Source: Dehalococcoidales bacterium (GTDB taxonomy: Bacteria; Chloroflexota; Dehalococcoidia; Lucifugimonadales; Lucifugimonadaceae). From it: a stretch of 64,000 nt of DNA. How positions within the stretch are numbered: the stretch's first letter is position 1; every line of letters begins with the position of its first letter. Below are positions 48,106-57,703 of the stretch, one piece after another. A program made the position numbers and the translations under genes. The DNA is taken from assembly GCA_009937255.1 (NCBI GenBank), contig JAACCT010000103.1:2763-66762 (forward strand), written 5' to 3'. Under the pieces are notes generated by a model that was given only the letters and a program-made list of their open reading frames with translations, made no database searches and was not told where the DNA came from.

Positions 48106-48654
48106 ATGACTACAGAAAATAAAGCTCCTGACCAAAGAAGTCAGAATCAAAGAAGAAGAAATTTTAGACCAAGAAGAAGAAATAATGATTCTGATGAAAT
48201 TTCACTTATTGAAAAAGTTATAAAAATCAGAAGAGTTTCAAAAACAGTTAAAGGTGGAAGAAATCTATCTTTTAACGCTATGGTTGCTGTAGGAGATGGT
48301 GCAGGAAGAGTTGGAATAGCTCTTGCTAGTGCTACAGCTGTCCCAGATGCTGTGCAAAGAGCAGTACAATATGCAAAAAACAGAATGATCAATGTACATT
48401 TGAACAATGCTACATTACCTCATGAATTTATTTATAGATTTGGATCTTCAAAAGTAATGCTAAAACCTGCATCTCCTGGTACTGGTTTGATTGCTGGAGG
48501 AGGTGTTAGAGCAGTGCTTGAAGCAGTTGGGGTAAAAGATGTTGTTTCAAAAACTTTTGGTTCGACTAATGCTATAAATGTTGTCTATGCAACAATGGAA
48601 GCATTGAAAAATATGAAAGATCCCAAGAAAGAGATTTCTAAAAGAAAAGCTTAA
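48106..48654 (+). CDS. rpsE: 30S ribosomal protein S5
   Basis: RRVSKTVKGGR motif, with a basic N-terminal extension. Confidence 0.95.
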   Translation: MTTENKAPDQRSQNQRRRNFRPRRRNNDSDEISLIEKVIKIRRVSKTVKGGRNLSFNAMVAVGDGAGRVGIALASATAVPDAVQRAVQYAKNRMINVHLNNATLPHEFIYRFGSSKVMLKPASPGTGLIAGGGVRAVLEAVGVKDVVSKTFGSTNAINVVYATMEALKNMKDPKKEISKRKA

Positions 48655-48656
48655 AT

Positions 48657-48840
48657 ATGAAAAAAATAAAAATTATTCAAAGAAAAAGTAAAATTGGAGC
48701 CTCTCCTTCACAAAGAGCTACATTAAGAGCTCTAGGTCTAAGAAAAATTGGCTCTGTAGTAGAAAAAGATTTATATCCTCAAATTGATGGAAGGATAAAA
48801 AAAAGTAGATCATTTCATATCTACTGAAGAATTAAAATAA
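48657..48840 (+). CDS. rpmD: 50S ribosomal protein L30, frame broken in an A8 run (48797-48804)
   Basis: Not in the track. MKKIKIIQRKSKIGASPSQRATLRALGLRKIG... runs to a premature TGA at 48827. With one A fewer the tail reads IDGRIKKVDHFISTEELK* (TAA at 48838-48840), matching L30 C-termini. Confidence 0.85.
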
Positions 48841-48855
48841 AAAATAGGTGATTAA

Positions 48856-49299
48856 ATGCCACAAATAAATGATATAAAAAGAAAAAATAAAAATACTCCT
48901 AAAAGTAATCAAGTGGGTAGAGGTAATGGTTCAAAAGGAACTTATTCTGGAAGAGGCTCAAAAGGACAACTCTCTAGAAGCGGAGGAAACTTAAATCCAA
49001 CATTTGAAGGTGGTCAACTTAGGTTAGTAAAAAAACTACCTCATATGAGAGGTTTTACCAATATATTCAAAAAAAATTATGTTTCTATAAATCTAAGAGA
49101 TTTAGTAAATCTTTTTGACAATGACTCCATTACTATGGAAGATTTTAAGAATAAAGGAATTATTAAAAATAAAGAAATGATAAAAATCTTAGGAGACGGT
49201 GATGTTACTAAACCTATTAATTTAGAAGTGAATGCAATTTCATCATCGGCAAAAAGTAAAATTGAAAAAGCTGGGGGAGAGGTTAAGCTCATAAGCTAA
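48856..49299 (+). CDS. rplO: 50S ribosomal protein L15
   Basis: Conserved L15 sequence (GRGNGSKGTYSGRG; FEGGQ). Confidence 0.95.
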   Translation: MPQINDIKRKNKNTPKSNQVGRGNGSKGTYSGRGSKGQLSRSGGNLNPTFEGGQLRLVKKLPHMRGFTNIFKKNYVSINLRDLVNLFDNDSITMEDFKNKGIIKNKEMIKILGDGDVTKPINLEVNAISSSAKSKIEKAGGEVKLIS

Positions 49300-49303
49300 T
49301 TTT

Positions 49304-50653
49304 ATGACTACTACTACTGCTTCACAATCAAATAGACCTGCTTTAATTCAAGCCATAATTGATGCTTTTAAATTACCAGATCTTAGAACAAGAATTTTAT
49401 TTACATTATTTATACTTGTTGTTTTTAGATTTTTTGCTCATGTTCCAGTTCCAGGTGTGGACAAAGAAGCTCTACAAGCAGCATTTGATGCTAACCCATT
49501 ACTTGGGTTTATAGATATTTTTTCTGGTGGAGCATTAAGAAATCTATCTATTGCTGCACTAGGAGTTTATCCATATATTACAGCTTCAATTATTATCCAA
49601 ATACTAACTCCTTTATTACCTCAACTTAAAGAACTAGCTCAAGAAGGCGAAGCCGGAAGAAAAGCTATAAACAGGTATACTCATTATTTAACAGTTCCTC
49701 TTGCGTTTTTGCAAGGATATGGTCAAATTAATCTTTTTTCTGGAGCTCTTGGACAAGGAGCTTTATCTGGTATCGGATTCGGTGGAGGTCAATCTTTAAA
49801 CACTTTAGCTATTTTATTATCTATGACTGCAGGAACTATGATTTTAGTTTGGTTGGGAGAATTAGTAACTGAAAAAGGAATTGGAAATGGTATTTCTTTA
49901 ATTATTTTTGCTGGAATAGTATCAACATTTCCCTCTATAGGTGGACAACTATGGTTGCTTAGAGATCAGCCTTTTCAGGTAGGATTACTGATAGCACTAG
50001 GGTTATTAATTATTTATTCAATCGTTGTTTTTACTGAAGCTCAAAGAAGAATCCCCGTTCAATATGGACGAAGTGTTTTTAGAGGAAATAAAATGTATAG
50101 ATCTCAAGGATCTTCCCATATACCTATTAGAGTTAACTCTGCAGGTATGATACCTCTTATTTTTGCTTTTTCTATATTGGCTTTACCTGCAGTTGTTGCA
50201 TCGTATTTTGTTGATCCAGCATCAAGTTCATTTTTTCCTCAGCTAGCTGAATGGATTACGATTCAATTTGGTCCAACAGGTACTTTGTATTGGATTACGG
50301 TCTTTATATTAGTTGTAATATTTACATTCTTTTATACCTTGGTGGTACATAATCAACAGAATTTAGCTGAACAATTACAAAATAACAACGGTTTTATTCC
50401 TGGTATAAGGCCAGGCCCCCCAACAAAAGAGTATCTTATGAGAGTAATAATAAGGATTACTTGGGGAGGAGCTTTATTTTTAGGCCTTATTGCAGTAATA
50501 CCTTCTATAGCAGCATTTATAACTGGCTTAGAATCAACTACTAGCATCCTTCAAAGTACAAGTTTGCTTATCATGGTAGGTGTTGCATTAGACACTATGA
50601 GACAACTTGAGTCTCAACTTTTGATGAGAAACTATGAAGGTTTTGTAAATTAA
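49304..50653 (+). CDS. secY: preprotein translocase subunit SecY
   Basis: 10-TM protein with conserved SecY motifs, in the spc-operon position. Confidence 0.96.
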   Translation: MTTTTASQSNRPALIQAIIDAFKLPDLRTRILFTLFILVVFRFFAHVPVPGVDKEALQAAFDANPLLGFIDIFSGGALRNLSIAALGVYPYITASIIIQILTPLLPQLKELAQEGEAGRKAINRYTHYLTVPLAFLQGYGQINLFSGALGQGALSGIGFGGGQSLNTLAILLSMTAGTMILVWLGELVTEKGIGNGISLIIFAGIVSTFPSIGGQLWLLRDQPFQVGLLIALGLLIIYSIVVFTEAQRRIPVQYGRSVFRGNKMYRSQGSSHIPIRVNSAGMIPLIFAFSILALPAVVASYFVDPASSSFFPQLAEWITIQFGPTGTLYWITVFILVVIFTFFYTLVVHNQQNLAEQLQNNNGFIPGIRPGPPTKEYLMRVIIRITWGGALFLGLIAVIPSIAAFITGLESTTSILQSTSLLIMVGVALDTMRQLESQLLMRNYEGFVN

Positions 50654-50657
50654 TAAA

Positions 50658-51287
50658 ATGAACATTATCCTTTTAGGTCCTCCTGGCTCAGGCAAAGGAA
50701 CTCAGTCAACTTATTTATCATCTGCTTATAAACTTAACCACATATCAACGGGAGACATATTAAGGTCTGAAATCAGCGATAAAACAAAATTAGGACTACA
50801 AGCTGAATCATATATGAATTCTGGAGACTTAGTCCCAGATAATTTAATAATAGAAATGGTTTCCAAAAAGTTAAGTTTACTTAATTCTGTTTTACTTGAT
50901 GGTTTTCCTAGAACTTTAAACCAAGCTGAATCATTAGACAATGAACTAGCTTTATTAGAAAAAAAAATAGACTTTGTTTTTTATTTTGATGTTCCAGCTG
51001 AAGACCTTGTCTTAAGATTATCCCAGAGGATTTCTTGTAAAAATTGTTCTTCTATATTTTCTAAGATAGATAAGGAGTATATTTGTTCCTCAAATTGTAA
51101 AGAACAAATATTGTATCAAAGAGAAGATGACAAACCTGAAGCTATTTCAAAAAGAATGGAATCTTATATTAGTCTTACAACTCCTCTTATAGATTTTTAT
51201 GATAAAAAGCGTATCATGATTAATATTAATGCAAATAAATCAATTTTAGAAGTATCTAAAGAAATAGATGGAATTATGCAGTCTTGA
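50658..51287 (+). CDS. adk: adenylate kinase
   Basis: P-loop GPPGSGKGTQ and a lid domain containing Cys residues. Confidence 0.95.
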   Translation: MNIILLGPPGSGKGTQSTYLSSAYKLNHISTGDILRSEISDKTKLGLQAESYMNSGDLVPDNLIIEMVSKKLSLLNSVLLDGFPRTLNQAESLDNELALLEKKIDFVFYFDVPAEDLVLRLSQRISCKNCSSIFSKIDKEYICSSNCKEQILYQREDDKPEAISKRMESYISLTTPLIDFYDKKRIMININANKSILEVSKEIDGIMQS

Positions 51288-51359
51288 TGCTGTACATTTT
51301 TTGTTTTTAAAGTATATAATTAGGGTTTGTACATTATTTTATGGGAGAAACTTTAATAA

Positions 51360-52124
51360 TTGGTTACTGAGGGATCTATCAAAACTACAGCGCAAATAGT
51401 TTCTATGAAACTAGCTGGTGAAATTGTAGCAAAAGCACTTATTGGTTGTGAAAACATACTAAAAGTTGGTGTTACAACTAAAGAAATAGATGATTTCTTA
51501 AGAACTTTTATTGAAAAAGAAGGAGCTAAGCCTGCATTTTTAGGATTATATGGATTCCCTGCAACAGCTTGTATTTCATTAAATGAAGAAATTGTTCATG
51601 GTATTCCTGGTTCTAGGAAATTGATTAAGGGTGACTTAGTTTCTATTGATTGTGGAGCTATTGTTAATGGAATGTATAGCGACCATGCTAGAACTTATCT
51701 TATAGGTAATGAAAAAAATATTGTTAAGGAAAAATTGATTTCAGTTGCATCAAAAGCTTTAGATATAGGTATTAGCAACTCAATTGCTGGAAATAAAATA
51801 GGAATAGTTTCTCAATCTATTGAAGAATATGTACTTAGTCAAGGATTTGAGGTAGTGCGAGAATATGTTGGACATGGCATTGGAACTCAATTACATGAAC
51901 CTCCAAGTGTTCCTAATTTTGGGAAATCAAATGAAGGAGCTTTATTGAGAGTAGGTATGGCAATAGCTATTGAACCTATGGTTACTGAAGGTGACTGGAA
52001 AACAAGAATGTTGGATGATAAATGGACAGTAGTTACTAAAGATGGTAAATTATCTTCTCATGCTGAAGACACTATTTTGATTACTGAAAATGGTCCAGAA
52101 ATATTAACAAGATTGAAAAAATAA
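51360..52124 (+). CDS. map: type I methionine aminopeptidase
   Basis: TTG start; metal-ligand regions ([20 protein letters not shown]). Confidence 0.92.
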   Translation: MVTEGSIKTTAQIVSMKLAGEIVAKALIGCENILKVGVTTKEIDDFLRTFIEKEGAKPAFLGLYGFPATACISLNEEIVHGIPGSRKLIKGDLVSIDCGAIVNGMYSDHARTYLIGNEKNIVKEKLISVASKALDIGISNSIAGNKIGIVSQSIEEYVLSQGFEVVREYVGHGIGTQLHEPPSVPNFGKSNEGALLRVGMAIAIEPMVTEGDWKTRMLDDKWTVVTKDGKLSSHAEDTILITENGPEILTRLKK

Positions 52125-52125
52125 T

Positions 52126-52344
52126 ATGGCAAAAAAAGAAGCGATTGAAGTTGAGGGGAAAGTTGAAGAATCATTACCAAATACAACTTTTAAGGTTGAG
52201 TTAGCTAATGGTCACGAAGTTTTAGCCCATGCTTCGGGAAAAATAAGAAAAAATTATATAAGAATACTGCCTGGAGATAGAGTTTTGGTTGAACTCTCTC
52301 CCTATGATTTAACTAGGGGCAGAATAACATATAGGTTTAAATAA
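52126..52344 (+). CDS. infA: translation initiation factor IF-1
   Basis: 72-aa S1-like OB fold with a conserved sequence. Confidence 0.96.
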   Translation: MAKKEAIEVEGKVEESLPNTTFKVELANGHEVLAHASGKIRKNYIRILPGDRVLVELSPYDLTRGRITYRFK

Positions 52345-52355
52345 GAGAGATAAAA

Positions 52356-52472
52356 ATGAAAAAAAGAACATCTGTAAAAAAAAGAAGCGCTGACGACCAA
52401 ATAATTAAAAGGCGTGGAAAAATTATTATTATTAATAAAAAAAACCCAAGATTTAAACAAGTACAAGGATAA
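52356..52472 (+). CDS. rpmJ: 50S ribosomal protein L36, Cys-free (C-minus) form
   Basis: 38-aa [41 protein letters not shown], lying between infA and rpsM. Not in the track. Confidence 0.88.
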   Translation: MKKRTSVKKRSADDQIIKRRGKIIIINKKNPRFKQVQG

Positions 52473-52477
52473 ATAAA

Positions 52478-52858
52478 ATGGCTATGTTAGCTGGAGTAAA
52501 TATACCTGATTCACAAAGAATTGAAATTGCATTAACTGCAGTTTCTGGTATTGGAAGGGCAACTTCAAAAAAAATAATTTCAGATGTAGGAATTAATTTA
52601 AATACAAGAGTTAAAGATCTTGAAGAAGAAGAACTAGCAAGAATAAGAAGTGCTATAGATAGATCTCAAATTCGTATTGAAGGAGATCTTAAAAGAGAGG
52701 TTCAGCTAAATATTAGAAGATTATCTGATGTAGGAAGTTATAGAGGCCTTAGGCATAAAAATGGTTTACCTGCAAATGGACAGAGAACTAAAACAAATGC
52801 AAGAACCAGAAAAGGCAAAAAGAAAACTATAGCAAATAAAAAGAAATTGACTCACTAA
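52478..52858 (+). CDS. rpsM: 30S ribosomal protein S13
   Basis: Conserved S13 sequence (LAGVNIPD ... GSYRGLRH). Confidence 0.96.
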   Translation: MAMLAGVNIPDSQRIEIALTAVSGIGRATSKKIISDVGINLNTRVKDLEEEELARIRSAIDRSQIRIEGDLKREVQLNIRRLSDVGSYRGLRHKNGLPANGQRTKTNARTRKGKKKTIANKKKLTH

Positions 52859-52877
52859 TAATTAAAGTAGGTAAATA

Positions 52878-53261
52878 ATGGCAAGACCTAGAACAAGAAA
52901 AAAAGAAAAAATATTTGTACCTCAAGGTAATGCATATGTTAGAGCTACGTTTAATAACACAATTATTACTATGACAGATAATAGTGGTAATGTTATATCA
53001 CAAAGTAGTGCTGGAGCCAAAGGCTTTAGAGGTTCTAGAAAGTCTACAGCATTTGCTGCTCAAAAAGCAGGAGAATCAGCAGCTCAAGTAGCAGTTGAAT
53101 ACGGTATGAAAACTGTAGATGTATTAGTAAAAGGTCCTGGTGCAGGTAGAGAAGCTGCTATAAGAGCTATTCAACATGCAGGTATTAGAGTAGTTTCAAT
53201 TAAAGATGTTACTCCTGTCCCACATAATGGATGCAGACCTCCTAAGAAAAGAAGAGTTTAA
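52878..53261 (+). CDS. rpsK: 30S ribosomal protein S11
   Basis: Conserved S11 sequence ([12 protein letters not shown] ... [11 protein letters not shown]). Confidence 0.96.
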   Translation: MARPRTRKKEKIFVPQGNAYVRATFNNTIITMTDNSGNVISQSSAGAKGFRGSRKSTAFAAQKAGESAAQVAVEYGMKTVDVLVKGPGAGREAAIRAIQHAGIRVVSIKDVTPVPHNGCRPPKKRRV

Positions 53262-53302
53262 TTCATAATTTAATTTATAAGTTTTTAAAGATAGGATAAT
53301 TT

Positions 53303-53887
53303 ATGGCAAGGTATGTTGGTCCAGTAAATAAAAGAATGCGTTTTTTGGGATTAGATGTTCCTAAAAAACCTGGTAAGGGTTTTAAAATGACCCCTAGGCG
53401 TAGAATTTCTCAATATGGTCTACAGCTTAGAGAGAAACAGAAAGCTAGATTTCTATATGGAATTTTAGAAAGACAGTTTAGAAACTATTACGATAAAGCT
53501 TCAAATTATGATGGCTCTACTGGTGATACATTATTAATTCTTCTTGAAAAAAGATTTGATAATGTAATGTATAGAACTGGAATGTTTAATACTAGAAGGC
53601 ATTCTAGACAAGCTGTAAACCATGGTCACTTTTTGGTAAATGATCAAAAAGTAAATATACCCTCTTATGAATTAAAAACAGGAGATAAAATTACGTGGAA
53701 AGAAAAATCTAAAAAATCAACCCTCTTCGAGATTGCTACAGCAAACATTAAAAATAATGATTGTGCAAAATGGCTTTCTTTAGATAAGTCTGAATTATCT
53801 GTTCAAATTAATAATCTTCCAAAAGCATCAGATGCTGAATTGGAGATTGATACAAGACAAATAGTGGAATACTATTCAAGGAGATAA
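53303..53887 (+). CDS. rpsD: 30S ribosomal protein S4
   Basis: MARYVGPV N-terminus and an S4 RNA-binding domain. Confidence 0.95.
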   Translation: MARYVGPVNKRMRFLGLDVPKKPGKGFKMTPRRRISQYGLQLREKQKARFLYGILERQFRNYYDKASNYDGSTGDTLLILLEKRFDNVMYRTGMFNTRRHSRQAVNHGHFLVNDQKVNIPSYELKTGDKITWKEKSKKSTLFEIATANIKNNDCAKWLSLDKSELSVQINNLPKASDAELEIDTRQIVEYYSRR

Positions 53888-53890
53888 TAA

Positions 53891-54865
53891 ATGTTAGAAA
53901 AACAATTTGGGTTATCACCAATAGATGAAATCTCAGTATCAGAACCTGAAGTTCCTGAGCTAAGTATTAGGATGATTGAAGGTACCGAAACATATGGAAA
54001 ATTTATTGCTGAACCATTAGATAAAGGCTGGGGCGTAACCTTAGGAAATCCTCTTAGAAGAGCTTTCCTATCTGGTTTGCCGGGTACTGCAATCAATTGG
54101 GTTAAGATAGACGGAATACAGCATGAATATTCAACTCTAAAAGGAATGAGAGAAGAAGTAAATGAATTCCTTATGAATGCTAAAGGGATAAGGATTAGAT
54201 CCCTATCAGATAGATCTGGAAGATTAAGATTAGAAGTTGAGGGTGATGGAGAAGTAAAAGCTAGAGATATAATGGCTACTGCAGATTTTGAAATAGTAAA
54301 TCCTGGACATCATTTAGCTACTCTAGACTCATCAGATGCTCATTTGTCAGTTGAATTCAGTGTTGAACAAGGACATGGATATAAAAAAGCAACTGAAGAA
54401 GAAGATTCTAATATTGGTATATTGCCGATTGATTCTATTTTTACTCCGATAAAAAAAGCTAATTTTACAGTTCAACCTACAAGAGTTGGACAACGTTCTG
54501 ACTGGGAAAGACTTACTCTTGAAATATGGACTGATGGATCTATTGATCCACAATCTGCATTACAAAAAGCATCAGAATTGCTTATGGATAATTTTTATGT
54601 CTTTAGTAAATTTGATCAAGCTACTGAAGAGCAAAGTCCTGCAGCTGGATTAGGAATAAGTCCTGATATTTATAACACTCCAGTTGAAACTTTAGATTTA
54701 TCTGCTAGAACTCTTAATTGTTTAAAAAGAGCAGGTATTAATAGAGTAGGAGAAGTGATAGCTATGCCAGAAGGAGATCTTTTAAAAATTAGAAATTTTG
54801 GTAGAAAATCTCTTGATGAGTTATTTGATGTACTAGCTGAAAGAAATATGCTTCCCCAAAAATAG
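53891..54865 (+). CDS. rpoA: DNA-directed RNA polymerase alpha subunit
   Basis: N-terminal dimerisation domain and C-terminal domain (LDLSARTLNCLKRAGI). Confidence 0.96.
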   Translation: MLEKQFGLSPIDEISVSEPEVPELSIRMIEGTETYGKFIAEPLDKGWGVTLGNPLRRAFLSGLPGTAINWVKIDGIQHEYSTLKGMREEVNEFLMNAKGIRIRSLSDRSGRLRLEVEGDGEVKARDIMATADFEIVNPGHHLATLDSSDAHLSVEFSVEQGHGYKKATEEEDSNIGILPIDSIFTPIKKANFTVQPTRVGQRSDWERLTLEIWTDGSIDPQSALQKASELLMDNFYVFSKFDQATEEQSPAAGLGISPDIYNTPVETLDLSARTLNCLKRAGINRVGEVIAMPEGDLLKIRNFGRKSLDELFDVLAERNMLPQK

Positions 54866-54881
54866 AAATTCAGAGGAAAAA

Positions 54882-55235
54882 ATGAAACATAAAATAAAAC
54901 AAAATAAATTAAGTAGAGGTTCTTCTCAAAGAAAAGCCTTATTGAGAAATTTAGTTACGGATACTATCAAGCATGGTCGTATAACCACTACTAAAGCAAG
55001 GGCTAAAGAAGCTCGTCCTCTTGTTGAAAAAATGATAACAATCGCTAAAACTAAAGACTTCAACTCTATAAGAAAAGTTTCTGAATTTATTTTAGATAAG
55101 AATGTTATTGATCATCTCTTTGATAATGTTTCTGTAAAGTTTAATGAAAGAAATGGTGGTTACTCTAGAATTATTTTATTAGGCACTAGACAGGGCGATA
55201 ATGCTGAGATTGCAATCTTAGAATTAATTGATTAA
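54882..55235 (+). CDS. rplQ: 50S ribosomal protein L17
   Basis: Conserved L17 sequence (GGYSRI). Confidence 0.95.
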   Translation: MKHKIKQNKLSRGSSQRKALLRNLVTDTIKHGRITTTKARAKEARPLVEKMITIAKTKDFNSIRKVSEFILDKNVIDHLFDNVSVKFNERNGGYSRIILLGTRQGDNAEIAILELID

Positions 55236-55971
55236 TAACAATTTTAATCTTTGTGTTTTATTTTCCTATAATGGTAACTCCTTCTATGGTTCTCAATTTC
55301 AGCTAAATAAAAGAACAGTCCAAGGAGAAATTTCATCTAAATTAAAAGAATATTTTTTAAATTTAAATCATCTTACTTTCTCTAGTAGAACAGATAAAGG
55401 TGTTAGTGCTAAAGAACAATATCTAGGCTTTAAAGTAACTAATAATAAAAAAGATATTTGTAAAAAATTTCATGAATTGAAAAAGAGTTTTGATAATGAT
55501 ATATTTTTATCAAAAATTTCCTTTATGCCTAATAATTTTAATGCCCGAAGAGATGTTGAAAAGAGGACTTATGAGTATGAAATAAATAATAAGCTCCTGA
55601 TATCTAAAATAAATTTATCTAAAATGATTCAATCTTCTTATAAATTAATAGGAGTACACAACTTTATGTCTTTCGCAGGTAAGAATGCAAAAGATAAATT
55701 TATAAGAGAAATATATGATATTAGTATAGATAAAATCAACTCTTCTCTAATTTTTACTATTACAGGCAAATCATTTATTCACCAACAAGTTAGAAGAATT
55801 ATTTTTGCATTAATAAGAGTTGGCCTATCAAAAGAATCTAGTTCATGGATAGAAAATATACTCCATGCACCCCAAAAAGGATCATGTAAAGGGTTAGTAG
55901 ACTCTAATAATCTAACATTGAAAAAAGTTTTATACCAAAAAAAACACCAAAAGTTATTAGAAAAAGTGTAA
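55228..55971 (+). CDS. truA: tRNA pseudouridine(38-40) synthase
   Basis: The N-terminal YNGNSFYGSQFQ and SRTDKGVSA (catalytic Asp) motifs are TruA-like. Confidence 0.85.
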   Translation: MINNNFNLCVLFSYNGNSFYGSQFQLNKRTVQGEISSKLKEYFLNLNHLTFSSRTDKGVSAKEQYLGFKVTNNKKDICKKFHELKKSFDNDIFLSKISFMPNNFNARRDVEKRTYEYEINNKLLISKINLSKMIQSSYKLIGVHNFMSFAGKNAKDKFIREIYDISIDKINSSLIFTITGKSFIHQQVRRIIFALIRVGLSKESSSWIENILHAPQKGSCKGLVDSNNLTLKKVLYQKKHQKLLEKV

Positions 55972-55998
55972 AATTAAGTTTTACGATCAAAATATACG

Positions 55999-56472
55999 AT
56001 GACTACAAAATTAAAACATTATTCCATAAAAGAAAATAAACCATCAGATTCATCTTGGGTTCTTATAGATGCCGAAGATCAAACACTTGGTAGACTTTCT
56101 TCAAATATAGCTATGATATTGATGGGAAAAAATAAACCCAATTATATTCCTAATGATCTTACAGGAGATACTGTGGTCGTAATCAATGCTTCAAAAATCT
56201 CAGTAACAGGGAAAAAATATTTTCAAAAAACATATATTTCTCATACCATGAGACCAGGAAGTACAAAAGTAAAGAAATTTTCAGACCTTATTGAAAATAA
56301 TCCTGAATTTATAATTATGAAATGTGTTAAAGGTATGCTTCCAAAAAATAAACTTGCTGCAAGAATGCTTAAAAGACTTAAAGTTTATGCAGGAAACGAA
56401 CATCCTCATGAAGCACAATTAAAAAATTCTAACAAATCCGATAATAAAAAAGAGGTAAATAGTGACAACTAA
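55999..56472 (+). CDS. rplM: 50S ribosomal protein L13
   Basis: WVLIDAEDQTLGRLSS motif. Confidence 0.95.
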   Translation: MTTKLKHYSIKENKPSDSSWVLIDAEDQTLGRLSSNIAMILMGKNKPNYIPNDLTGDTVVVINASKISVTGKKYFQKTYISHTMRPGSTKVKKFSDLIENNPEFIIMKCVKGMLPKNKLAARMLKRLKVYAGNEHPHEAQLKNSNKSDNKKEVNSDN

Positions 56473-56857
56473 AAAAACCTATTACTATGGTACAGGGAAA
56501 AGAAAAGCTTCTATAGCTAGAGTTAAAATATTTGCTACTGCAGGTAAGATTCAGGTTAATGGTAAAAGTATTAAAGAAGCTTTATGCATGGATGATTTAG
56601 TGAATATAGCTTTAGTTCCATTAAAAGTTACTGATAAAGAGAAATTATCTGCTGAAATTAAAATTCAAGGTGGAGGATTATCTGGTCAAGCTGGAGCTAT
56701 ATCTCTTGGTATTGCTAGAGCGTTATGCGTTATGGATGAGACCCTTAGGCCAACCTTGAAATCAAATGGATTACTGACTCGAGACTCAAGAATCAAAGAA
56801 AGTAAGAAATACGGGCTTAAAAAAGCAAGAAAAGCTCCTCAATATACTAAAAGATAA
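56462..56857 (+). CDS. rpsI: 30S ribosomal protein S9
   Basis: GTG start; YYGTGKRKASIARV ... PQYTKR. Confidence 0.95.
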   Translation: MTTKKTYYYGTGKRKASIARVKIFATAGKIQVNGKSIKEALCMDDLVNIALVPLKVTDKEKLSAEIKIQGGGLSGQAGAISLGIARALCVMDETLRPTLKSNGLLTRDSRIKESKKYGLKKARKAPQYTKR

Positions 56858-56862
56858 AAAAT

Positions 56863-57691
56863 TTAGTCAAGAATTGATAAAAATCTTATATTATTGTTCA
56901 GATCCTTTAAAAAATTTATTTTCTTATTAGGATAAAATTTTCTGGTAAGCTCTCTAACATTTTTCATAATACTCTCATCAATTTCAATAAAGATAATAGA
57001 GGCTTTATTTTTATTGATATTTTTTTCCCAAATAAATATATCTTCAATTACTTCTATCCCATTTTCCCCTCCATCTAGAGCTATAATAGGTTCACTTTTT
57101 ACTTCTTTTGATAATTTTTTAATAATATCTGATTTAATATAAGGAGGATTACTTACAACAAAATCAATGTTATTTATCTTAGAGTTTTTTATATCTTCTA
57201 AAGTGAGTTTGATTTTAGATTCTTTATTTTTCATATTTATTTTGGCTACTTCAAATGCCTCTTTGCTTTTTTCTATTGCATAAATATCAAGACTTGGTAT
57301 TTTTTTTTCTAAAATCAGTGAAATTACTCCACTTCCAGTACCTATGTCTAATATTCTTTTACTTGAAGATTTTTCTTTATTAAATAATTTTATAAAAAAA
57401 TCAATCAATTCTTCTGTTTCGAATCTAGGGACGAGTACTTTATTATTTATAAAAAAATCCTCATTATAAAATTTTTTATTATTGGTTATATATGATAATG
57501 GTTCTCCTGATATTCTACGGTTAATATTTTTATCTAAAATTATTAATTGGTTTTGATCTAATATTTCTTTATCTTCTATAACTATATCTATTTCTGATTT
57601 ACCTAAAGAATGCGAAAATATACTTATCAACTCATATCTTTCATCTACTATTTTAGCTTCTATAAGTTTGTTTAATGCTTTTTTTTAGCAT
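56863..57691 (-). CDS. prmC: release-factor glutamine methyltransferase PrmC; N-terminus probably disrupted by a 1-nt indel in a T8/A8 run (57679-57686)
   Basis: NPPY motif (VSNPPYI) and SAM motif (DIGTGSG). The track ORF starts at the TTG at 57630. With one A fewer, the ATG at 57691 reads MLKKALNKLIEAKIVDERYELISIF... in frame. Confidence 0.85.
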
Positions 57692-57703
57692 CACCTAAAC
57701 TTG

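Noticed and set aside
51288-51359. Two TGTACATT copies between adk and map as an operator or small repeat element.
   Set aside because: The match is only 8 bp and occurs twice. There is no associated structure or conservation that I can evaluate.
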